Source: a virus. Taken from it: 64,000 nucleotides of DNA. Made by a program: the position numbers and the translations under genes. Below the pieces are notes generated by a model, which saw only the letters and a program-made list of their open reading frames with translations, did no database searches and was not told the origin of the DNA. The stretch is from positions 51,582 to 115,581 of the IMG/VR virus record IMGVR_UViG_3300023210_000013; one strand, written 5' to 3'. Position 1 is the stretch's first letter. Each line of letters opens with the position of its first letter. Positions 31,992 to 39,209 of this stretch are shown piece by piece.

Positions 31992-32803
31992 TTTTTATTG
32001 TCTTTAAACCACATGATTAGATTATCAACCTCATCCTTTAAATATGGTAGGTTATACATTTTAATTTCTTCAATAGCTGGTTCTCCATTGACCATTTTAG
32101 TAATTGGATACCCATGATCATTTTCACCAACTTTTTGAAATTTGACGTGTTGAATTACAAGCTTTCCTATTTTTAATCTAGGGTTGTGCTTTTTAATAAT
32201 ATACGCATAAATACTTAATTGTAGGTTATAATGATTCAAATTACAATCATCAAGATTGTTTACAGGGTTAAACATCTTAGATGTAATACCCTCCCAATTT
32301 GTAAATCCTTTCTCTTTAACTTCTTTATTTGTCTTATAATCAGTGATATTTATTTCACCATTTACAATTTCAACTAAATCTGCTTGGCCACATAAACCTA
32401 AAGACTTTAAGTAAACAAATAATTCTGGATATACGCCATCTTTTAGCTTTTGTTCCGGTGCTACTTTTACACCTTCATCTGTAATATCTGGTTTTACAAT
32501 AGGAAGTTCAACACCTTCTCTTGCAATTGTCTGAAAATCAAGCATATCTGATTCACGTTGATTATGATACCAGTTACCTAAACCTATAGCCCTTTGTGTT
32601 TCAGTATCCCAAGCATTTAGTATTTCTTTATCAGTCATACCATGCCACTTAGATCTTTTGTTTTTAGAAGATTTTTTAGCCTGTGCTTTAGCATCAAACT
32701 TAGGTTTAAACATACCAATGAAAGATGTTACACTTGTCCAGTTTATTTTGTCTTGATCATTGCTTTCATAGACATGACCTTCTTCTTTAAATATTACTGC
32801 CAT
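31985..32803 (-). CDS. PD-(D/E)XK (RecB/Cas4-like) nuclease
   Basis: SVT...GNWYH...GQADLV...ITDYKT...YNLQLSIY. Confidence 0.85.
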   Translation of the reverse strand: MAVIFKEEGHVYESNDQDKINWTSVTSFIGMFKPKFDAKAQAKKSSKNKRSKWHGMTDKEILNAWDTETQRAIGLGNWYHNQRESDMLDFQTIAREGVELPIVKPDITDEGVKVAPEQKLKDGVYPELFVYLKSLGLCGQADLVEIVNGEINITDYKTNKEVKEKGFTNWEGITSKMFNPVNNLDDCNLNHYNLQLSIYAYIIKKHNPRLKIGKLVIQHVKFQKVGENDHGYPITKMVNGEPAIEEIKMYNLPYLKDEVDNLIMWFKDNKKC

Positions 32804-32807
32804 ATTA

Positions 32808-32897
32808 TTAAGTTATTGTAGTGTACCACCATCCTTTTTCTTGATTAGTAACAACACTGGTTATTTCTTTATTATATATGTAATTTATTTGTACCAT
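32808..32897 (-). CDS. 29-aa micro-protein (not in the ORF track)
   Basis: MVQINYIYNKEITSVVTNQEKGWWYTTIT*; fills the intergenic gap. Confidence 0.4.
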   Translation of the reverse strand: MVQINYIYNKEITSVVTNQEKGWWYTTIT

Positions 32898-32907
32898 TTT
32901 GTTTTAT

Positions 32908-33210
32908 TTATTGTTCTAGTTTTTCTTCTTCTTCCTCTGTTAACCAAGCTTTCCATTTGCCTTTTGGACATTCAGAAGATAAAGATCTAGTCTTAAATTC
33001 AAGACTACATCCACACTCACTACAACATGGTTGAGTTCCAGGAACTAAACAGCTTTTTCCTTTAAGATCTAAATAAGTACATCTATTACATATGTGCATT
33101 CTGCTGTCAGATATAATTTCTACTTCTTGTTTTTTAAAAAAAGTATTAATGGCTCCTTCAGATATTTTATCTATATTTTTAAAAGCTTTTATTAATTGTC
33201 CTATTTTCAT
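32908..33210 (-). CDS. Zn-binding protein (DUF6171-like)
   Basis: RxxICxxC...CxxCGC...KTRS..SECPKGKW. Confidence 0.65.
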   Translation of the reverse strand: MKIGQLIKAFKNIDKISEGAINTFFKKQEVEIISDSRMHICNRCTYLDLKGKSCLVPGTQPCCSECGCSLEFKTRSLSSECPKGKWKAWLTEEEEEKLEQ

Positions 33211-33563
33211 TTCTTTAACTTAAAGTTTTTTCTATCTTCTCTTTGTTGCATTATTGCATCTCTGGCAGATTCTAATGTTTGTATTTTTTCTTTTACAGAG
33301 ACGTGTTTGTCATATCCATCATAAGTATTTTTGACTAAATTACCTAAGTAACTTTTATTCTTTTTAATAGCCTTATCTAACTTTTGTTTTCTTAAGTTAA
33401 ATGTACCTAATCCAAATATACTTACATTAGGTGAGCTGAGGTTAGATAAGTTCTTACGTATTTTAGCGTAATAGAAAGTAATGAAATCATCTACTACATC
33501 TTCATGTACACCTACCTTATCAGCAATACCATTTCTAAATTCTTTATGATGTTTTGGTTTCAA
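33207..33563 (-). CDS. HU/IHF-like protein
   Basis: IADKVGV...VSIFGLGTFNLR is the HU beta-hairpin signature. Confidence 0.65.
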   Translation of the reverse strand: MKPKHHKEFRNGIADKVGVHEDVVDDFITFYYAKIRKNLSNLSSPNVSIFGLGTFNLRKQKLDKAIKKNKSYLGNLVKNTYDGYDKHVSVKEKIQTLESARDAIMQQREDRKNFKLKK

Positions 33564-33915
33564 GGCCTAAAATTTTATAATCAAGTAATACGCTACCTTT
33601 TGTCTGTACGTTTATTGCTTGATTTAATAATATTTTCTTTTTATTCTTTCCTATCTTAGTTATAAGATTTTTCTTACTTGCTTTTGCAATAGCATTACGT
33701 GCTGACTGAGGACTTTTAAAAATCCCCAGTTCAGTCACATAATTACAAAATTTAGTAAGCTCTATTTCATGTTGTTTACCAAGTTCAGCCAAACACTTAA
33801 GGTCTGCAGAACTTATTAAGATGTCATTAAAGAAACAATAAGATAGTATTTGATACTTTATTGTAACATTAATGTCAACTTTTAACTTAAAATCTACTTT
33901 GTTTACTAGAGCCAT
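33544..33915 (-). CDS. Winged-helix DNA-binding protein
   Basis: SPQSARNAIAKASKKNLITK recognition helix and wing pattern. Confidence 0.5.
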   Translation of the reverse strand: MALVNKVDFKLKVDINVTIKYQILSYCFFNDILISSADLKCLAELGKQHEIELTKFCNYVTELGIFKSPQSARNAIAKASKKNLITKIGKNKKKILLNQAINVQTKGSVLLDYKILGLETKTS

Positions 33916-33919
33916 TTGT

Positions 33920-34837
33920 TTATTTTAAAGATAATAACATATCTATTAACCCTGGGTGAGGATAGCAATCAAATTTATCTCTCCTTACATTAGTATGAGT
34001 TAATAGACCTTTTACTTTACCGTAATAAGCATCTTCTTGAAATTCAAATGCTTTAGTTGGTCCATACTTTTTAATCCATTGTACTAAACCAATTCTAATA
34101 TCTATATTGTCTCTTTCACCAATATATCTTAACCATTTTTCTAATTCAGTTAATTGTTTATCAGAATAGTTGTGCCAAGTTAAGTAACCTTTAAAAGGTT
34201 CAGCTAAAGTACATGTTTGTTCTGGGGTTGCTTTTTGACCAGCATAAGTCAATCCGTCTTTTAAATATCCAAAGTTATTTAATTCAATACCTACTGAATG
34301 ACGATTCATATAACCTGATCCGGTTTTTCCTAAGTGCCATCCTTGACCTCCTTCTGGAAAAGCTTGAACCATTACACCATCATGATCTGCATTATTATTA
34401 GTAATCTTTTGACCACCTAATACAAATTCAGTTGCTACACGTCCTCTACTATCTCTACCCCAATGGTCTACAGTTTTGTATGGACTGTTCCAACCTGCAG
34501 TATGATGTAGAAAGATATACTCATTGTGTATTGGTCCTTCTAGATACTGACCTTTAGGTAAATAGTGTTTATGTATTTTTTGATTGTAAGCAGTTTCAAA
34601 GAATTGTTCCTGCTGATCAGTGTCTTCATCAATGGCTTCATAGCCATAAGGTCTAACAAATAACATCTGCATGGTTACAGCTCCCACCATACCATCAGGT
34701 TTTAAGTCATTACTTAATTGATATTGAATCACTCTTTTTAAAGTAACTTCACCAAAGACGCCATCTGCTTTGAGTCTAAGCATTTGTTGTAGCTTAACTA
34801 CTTCAGGACCTTTAGATCCCAGCTTTAGTAAATCCAT
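33920..34837 (-). CDS. Endolysin: peptidoglycan-binding domain plus Zn N-acetylmuramoyl-L-alanine amidase
   Basis: LLKLGSKGPEVVKLQ..ADGVFG..PDGMVG (PG-binding); LHHTAG, SVGIEL, TH...KFDC (Amidase_2). Confidence 0.9.
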   Translation of the reverse strand: MDLLKLGSKGPEVVKLQQMLRLKADGVFGEVTLKRVIQYQLSNDLKPDGMVGAVTMQMLFVRPYGYEAIDEDTDQQEQFFETAYNQKIHKHYLPKGQYLEGPIHNEYIFLHHTAGWNSPYKTVDHWGRDSRGRVATEFVLGGQKITNNNADHDGVMVQAFPEGGQGWHLGKTGSGYMNRHSVGIELNNFGYLKDGLTYAGQKATPEQTCTLAEPFKGYLTWHNYSDKQLTELEKWLRYIGERDNIDIRIGLVQWIKKYGPTKAFEFQEDAYYGKVKGLLTHTNVRRDKFDCYPHPGLIDMLLSLK

Positions 34838-34839
34838 AG

Positions 34840-35121
34840 TTAAGACTTTTTAAGCGTGCGTGTCTTAGCCATTTCTTTTTCAAACTCTTCTGCAGCTTCA
34901 GGTTTTTCACCACCTTCTTCTTGAGCAGCATAAGCTTGTGCTAAGAACATTTGAGCTTGTAGTCTTTCTACTCTTGCTTTTTCTACGTCTCTTAAAAGTT
35001 CTTCATACTCCTTCTGTACTTTAAGGTGTTTGATGTTTTCTTTGTAGAATGTGGTAATCTCAACTCTTCTTTCAGCAAGTTCTTCTTTGCTAAGTTCTGG
35101 TGCTTGTTTTTCTGTTGACAT
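34840..35121 (-). CDS. Hypothetical coiled-coil protein
   Basis: 93 aa, charged and helical; directly upstream of the endolysin. Confidence 0.55.
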   Translation of the reverse strand: MSTEKQAPELSKEELAERRVEITTFYKENIKHLKVQKEYEELLRDVEKARVERLQAQMFLAQAYAAQEEGGEKPEAAEEFEKEMAKTRTLKKS

Positions 35122-35239
35122 AATTGTTGGTTTTATATTTATACCAACAAATATAGAAAAAAAGTTTAAATAAAAAAAGTTTAAGGGACTTATTTATAAT
35201 TAGATTTTAAATCCGGTGTGAACGTAATTTAGATTACGC

Positions 35240-35371
35240 TTATTTTTTTACGCACTTGTTTACCATTTTAGTTCTACCAGAACTAGTTTTTTTACCACTT
35301 GGTGATTTCTTTTTACCTACAGCTTTGTATCCTTTCCAACAGCTAAGTCCTTTCTTCTTTGCTTTTGCCAT
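35240..35371 (-). CDS. 43-aa highly basic protein (not in the ORF track)
   Basis: MAKAKKKGLSCWKGYKAVGKKKSPSGKKTSSGRTKMVNKCVKK*; TAATG-coupled to the upstream gene; CWxGY...CV motif. Confidence 0.7.
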   Translation of the reverse strand: MAKAKKKGLSCWKGYKAVGKKKSPSGKKTSSGRTKMVNKCVKK

Positions 35372-35625
35372 TACTTTCTTGATTTAGCTCCTGAACATTT
35401 CCAACGCTTACGTGATAAGTTGTTTGGTGTGTTAGGATCATTAGCTTTTTTCTTAGACACTCTTTTCTTAATACCTAAACTTCTAGCACAATAACTGTCA
35501 CCCTTAGACGTACCGGGTTTTACTCTAGGTCCACCACCTTTAGCTTTACCTGCTTGACCGTAACTAACTTTTTTACCAGACTTGGTTATCTTAACTTTTG
35601 CTTTTCCTTTCCTTGGTGTTGCCAT
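35371..35625 (-). CDS. 84-aa basic protein (DUF6321-like)
   Basis: Start MATPRK at 35625 (TAATG overlap); KVSYGQ..PGTSKGDSYCARS...DPNTP...RKRWKC. Confidence 0.65.
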   Translation of the reverse strand: MATPRKGKAKVKITKSGKKVSYGQAGKAKGGGPRVKPGTSKGDSYCARSLGIKKRVSKKKANDPNTPNNLSRKRWKCSGAKSRK

Positions 35626-35933
35626 TATTCTTTTGTATTTAATAATTTTAAAAGAACACCACACTTCTCATACTCTTCAAACTCTTCAAAAAAAGCTATC
35701 ATGTTTTCAAGATCTTCTGTAGTGTGACCATTATCTACGTCATGTGCTACAGCAGTCATCCCATCAGGTTCTGCATCTAGAATCTCTGTGAATGTGGTTT
35801 CTTTTGTTACCATTCTATAAGAATTATTAAACGCTTTATGCATAAGCATATCTTCTACTTCTATTTGCTCTGTCTCAGTTAAGCCTTCAAACATTGAGTC
35901 ATCCATCTCTGAAAAGTCATCATAATCACCCAT
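35625..35933 (-). CDS. Acidic protein with UVR-like C-terminal helix pair
   Basis: Very D/E-rich; ends FEEFEEYEKCGVL; first gene of the minus arm. Confidence 0.6.
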   Translation of the reverse strand: MGDYDDFSEMDDSMFEGLTETEQIEVEDMLMHKAFNNSYRMVTKETTFTEILDAEPDGMTAVAHDVDNGHTTEDLENMIAFFEEFEEYEKCGVLLKLLNTKE

Positions 35934-36178
35934 AGTTACAGTTTTTTTAATTGATTCTTATATATATAATATACTAATTTTTAATGTCAAAATTAAATTT
36001 TTTTTAAACAAAATACAAATATAAGATCCCCCCTTCTATTACAAGCAAATGTTGCCCCCGGTCCTCAGAAAGTTTTATGTATGGCATTGGTGAGAGGTGG
36101 TACTATTCAACTCCCCAGCAAAATTTTGCGGTTATGGTACCCCCGCTTCTGCGGTACCAACACTTAAATTATATCATT

Positions 36179-36469
36179 ATGTACTTTTACAAATTTACAA
36201 ACTCAAACAAAGGAATCGTTACAACTGAGCAACCTCTAACTGGTAGTGCTACCAAGAAGATCACCAAGGTTATTGGTGGTGTGGAAATGGAAGTCCTACA
36301 ACAACGTGATCAAATAGAAGGTCTCAAGTTTGGATTTACTGCTATAAGCCCAGACGTTGTGGCTCAAATGGACCTGAAGGTTGGTGATGAGTTGCCACTG
36401 GAACTGACAGACAAAGCTGTCAAAAACAGAGAGGGTGAAGAAATCCCAAATCTGTACTGGGCTCACTAA
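36179..36469 (+). CDS. Small early protein, paralog 1
   Basis: Start MYFYKFTN at 36179 chosen from the alignment with paralog 2; ends GDELPLELTDKAVKNREGEEIPNLYWAH. Confidence 0.75.
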   Translation: MYFYKFTNSNKGIVTTEQPLTGSATKKITKVIGGVEMEVLQQRDQIEGLKFGFTAISPDVVAQMDLKVGDELPLELTDKAVKNREGEEIPNLYWAH

Positions 36470-36651
36470 GAGTCCCAATGTTAAAGCACCAAGTGTCAAA
36501 GCTTGGTGCAATAACAACAACAACAATGGGAAGGTGAAAGCTCCCATCCTTGTTGTCCCTCATGCTGCAGCCATTACTTATCTTTTAAAATTAAAGGCAT
36601 TGGTGATGTTCCCATGCCGCAGACATTAGCTATCTTTTAGCCCTGGAATAA

Positions 36652-36683
36652 GATCCCTCTCCCCCCCATTGATCCCTCTCCCC
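36652..36683. repeat. GATCCCTCTCCCC direct repeat, forming a G-quadruplex motif on the minus strand
   Basis: Copies at 36652-36664 and 36671-36683; minus strand reads GGGG-AGA-GGG-ATCAAT-GGGGGGG-AGA-GGG. Confidence 0.7.
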
Positions 36684-36728
36684 AGCTAAATGTTGCAATC
36701 AATTAATCATTTAAACTTGCATAAAATT

Positions 36729-37004
36729 ATGACGTATTTTTACAAACTTACGCAGACTGGTAAAGGAATAGTAACCACTACTGCACCGTTGAACAAAACA
36801 ACGGAAATCAAAAATATTGGTGGAGTTGAAACTGAAGTAAGAGTTCAGAATCAAGATGTATCATTTGGCTTTACTGCTATATCAGCAGACACTGCCGCGC
36901 AGATGAACCTAGCAATAGGTGATGAACTGCCACTTGAAATCACAGATAAGCCTGTGAAAAACAAGGATGGTGAGGTAATACCCAACATGTTTTGGGCTCA
37001 CTAG
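36729..37004 (+). CDS. Small early protein, paralog 2
   Basis: MTYFYKLTQTGKGIVTT...FGFTAIS...GDELPLEITDKPVKNKDGEVIPNMFWAH. Confidence 0.75.
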   Translation: MTYFYKLTQTGKGIVTTTAPLNKTTEIKNIGGVETEVRVQNQDVSFGFTAISADTAAQMNLAIGDELPLEITDKPVKNKDGEVIPNMFWAH

Positions 37005-37018
37005 CACATGATGCTAAC

Positions 37019-37058
37019 ATAACACGGAGATCTAATAAATCTCTGTGTTATTTTATTT
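37019..37058 (+). terminator. Terminator-like hairpin
   Basis: ATAACACGGAGA/TCTCTGTGTTAT 12-bp stem followed by a T-rich tail. Confidence 0.6.
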
Positions 37059-37299
37059 AAAACACACGTTGCACACTAAAGGTGACATCATATAACCCAT
37101 ATAAGCACACTTTAAGCAATGATATTAATTATCTTATCCATATATATAGATATAGCTATAAAGATCACTTAGGCAGAGCAAACTATTACATAGTAGTTGT
37201 TATCTCTCTCTATAGTATCTTATGTATCTCTTCTTATATGAATAGTATTATATTACCCGGAATATTACAACAGGCACATAGATATATACCTGTATAAAC

Positions 37300-37610
37300 A
37301 TGGTTGGTCTAATCCAGTGAGCTGCTGGCGTAAGAGAGAACTTACAGTAATCTAAACTCAACTAATAGAATAAGTGTAGCAAGACAAAATAAAGGCTAAG
37401 ACGTTAGTCATCCTACTGTCACTAGATGACAGCTTGTAAATGCCATGTCAGCAGGGATGCTACACTTATATCTATAACTCTTAATGGTTAACGTCAGATA
37501 CATGTATCAAATAGTTAATCAGTTATATACTTTTGTGAATTAACAGTATACCTGGAACCCATCGTGGTGTAAAGGCAGACAGGTTGGGATACCCTACAAA
37601 AGTATATTAT
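37300..37610 (+). ncRNA. Candidate structured ncRNA modules 1 and 2
   Basis: ORF-free; perfect 12-bp closing stems 37370-37381/37458-37469 and 37525-37536/37596-37607 with internal hairpins; G-U pairs fit the plus strand. Confidence 0.5.
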
Positions 37611-37654
37611 ATAATAACATCACCTAAAGCTGAAGAGCATTGTACTATCCTATT

Positions 37655-37870
37655 ATGTCAAAAGAAATAACAAGTACAATATTTATAAAAGATGCAGAGA
37701 TAGATAAGTTTGTATTATCTATTGGAGGTAGTATAAGAACCACACCATTTAAAACATATAAACCACCTGTTGGGTTATCATTTGATTTTAATTGGGTAAG
37801 AGATGGTGTTGAAATAGACCTATTCAAAATAATTAATCATTTAAAACTAAATCGTAATGGTAAAGACTAA
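37655..37870 (+). CDS. Hypothetical protein
   Basis: 71 aa from ATG 37655. Confidence 0.45.
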   Translation: MSKEITSTIFIKDAEIDKFVLSIGGSIRTTPFKTYKPPVGLSFDFNWVRDGVEIDLFKIINHLKLNRNGKD

Positions 37871-38057
37871 AACTATGCTATTAAGCATAACCGTATTCAT
37901 AATCACAGTAGTAATATTTAACACACTCGTATGGTATCTACAAGATACTTGGACATTCAAAGAATGCTTTGGCCATGGTGCAACAATAGGCTTCTCAGTT
38001 ATATTTGCTTGGATACCTGCTGGTATCGTAGGAAATGATTACTACAATCGTATTTAA
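37857..38057 (+). CDS. Small membrane protein (2 TM)
   Basis: Two hydrophobic segments; AATCATTTAA leader. Confidence 0.6.
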   Translation: MVKTKTMLLSITVFIITVVIFNTLVWYLQDTWTFKECFGHGATIGFSVIFAWIPAGIVGNDYYNRI

Positions 38058-38059
38058 AG

Positions 38060-38770
38060 AGAACACCCGTGAGGCTAGCGGGCGTGTTAGAGTGTCACGT
38101 AGATACACTTAAGAGGATAGCTTGTCAGCTTGGCTCTGCATATGTTAGGACTATAGGTCTGTTGTAGGTTTGACAACCCTGAACCATATGTTGATTTGCT
38201 AGTTTAACATAAACTAGAATCGTCAACCGGGGAAACGGTCAAGTAGAGGTAACCAAGCTCTACATTTTTTTAACAATATTATAAATAACTAGTCAATAAA
38301 AGCAGTAGTGGCTACCTGCAGATAAACAATGTTAAGTTGAAGGTGGAATAGTTAGACTATTCATAAGCCCATGTGTATGTAAACTGCATACAATAGACTC
38401 ATCATCGTGGCCTTGACTAGTTTTCTATTAAAGTCTAAAAGCAAAGATAACCTCACTTGTAAAACAAGGGTAGATACCATAACAATTGGTTGAGTGAGTA
38501 AAGAATCAGGGAAATAAGGTTATGCGTTAAAACCTGAATGATTGCTATAGACTAAAAATACGTGTTTAGGTAATTCTAAACTAGTGTGACACACATGAAG
38601 TGAAGTAGGTTAATTACCTATAGTGTCTAATCAACCAATGAGTATGTTGGTAGGTGTTGGTCTCACCTGATAATCAAATGACTTATTCCTAACTATGTAA
38701 AGCAATAATGTAATTCTCATAGGACAACCGTGCCAGTTGAAGTTGGATAAAATAGACTGGCTTTTTTTAC
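38060..38770 (+). ncRNA. Candidate structured ncRNA modules 3-6
   Basis: About 710 nt without an ORF; nested stems, closing helices, a pseudoknot and two terminator-like ends (38243-38271, 38732-38768). Confidence 0.55.
38732..38768 (+). terminator. Intrinsic terminator
   Basis: GCCAGT...ACTGGC followed by T7. Confidence 0.6.
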
Positions 38771-38793
38771 AAACCACTTAACAAAATCATATC

Positions 38794-38982
38794 ATGGATA
38801 AATTTACTAGAATTAGCGTACACATTGCTGCTTATTTTGTAGCATTCAATCTATTTAGAGTTGCACACCACTCATCAGGAGAAGGTAACTGGCAAATCTC
38901 TATTATGTTCTTCGTATTAGGCGTATTCACAATGTATATACCGTCAATGCTAACAGCAAAAGAAAAAAAAAATAATCACTAA
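38794..38982 (+). CDS. Small membrane protein (2 TM)
   Basis: Two hydrophobic helices and a basic tail; AACCACTTAA leader. Confidence 0.6.
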   Translation: MDKFTRISVHIAAYFVAFNLFRVAHHSSGEGNWQISIMFFVLGVFTMYIPSMLTAKEKKNNH

Positions 38983-39001
38983 CCATTTAATCATAAGAAC
39001 T

Positions 39002-39163
39002 ATGAAAACTAAATCACTTTACTTATTACTTGCATTGTTTCTGGTTACACCAGTACTACAATCATGCGGATCATCCAAACGTGGATGTAAAAAGATGAGA
39101 AAATACCGTACTTACTCATTTGGAGACAACCAACAAGAAACACAAACTTACAGATTGGGATAG
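39002..39163 (+). CDS. 53-aa lipoprotein (not in the ORF track)
   Basis: MKTKSLYLLLALFLVTPVLQS-CGSSKRGCKK...; basic n-region, hydrophobic h-region, lipobox LQSC; AACCATTTAA leader. Confidence 0.7.
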   Translation: MKTKSLYLLLALFLVTPVLQSCGSSKRGCKKMRKYRTYSFGDNQQETQTYRLG

Positions 39164-39209
39164 ATAGACTATCCCTTTTACATTTATCAACCACTTAATC
39201 TTATCAATC

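Larger units (their letters stand above)
5701..35974 (-). promoter_or_regulatory. Recurrent GTATATTAT motif, candidate phage late promoter
   Basis: Exact intergenic copies at 5701-5709, 19275-19283, 20640-20648 and 35966-35974; variants at 2008-2016 and 26036-26044; each about 15-60 nt upstream of a minus-strand start. Confidence 0.55.

Noticed and set aside
334-34401. Plus-strand ORFs in the late arm (334, 887, 4343, 16231, 22508, 25597, 26269, 29337, 34213 and others)
   Set aside because: Antisense to well-supported genes, biased composition and no motifs.
37134-37142. DnaA box TTATCCATA
   Set aside because: A single one-mismatch copy in AT-rich DNA is expected by chance.
36296-37297. ORFs 36296-36547 (-), 36435-36629 (+) and 37082-37297 (+), plus the (CAA)n run near 36512
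   Set aside because: Overlapping or low-complexity, and lacking the leader motif seen on neighbouring genes.
37630-37670. CTGAAGA as a hammerhead ribozyme core
   Set aside because: No GAAA directly after a stem II and no convincing stems I and III.
37300-38790. Intact tRNA or tmRNA genes
   Set aside because: No T-loop GTTCRA, full cloverleaf or CCA end found by eye; only a D-arm-like fragment.
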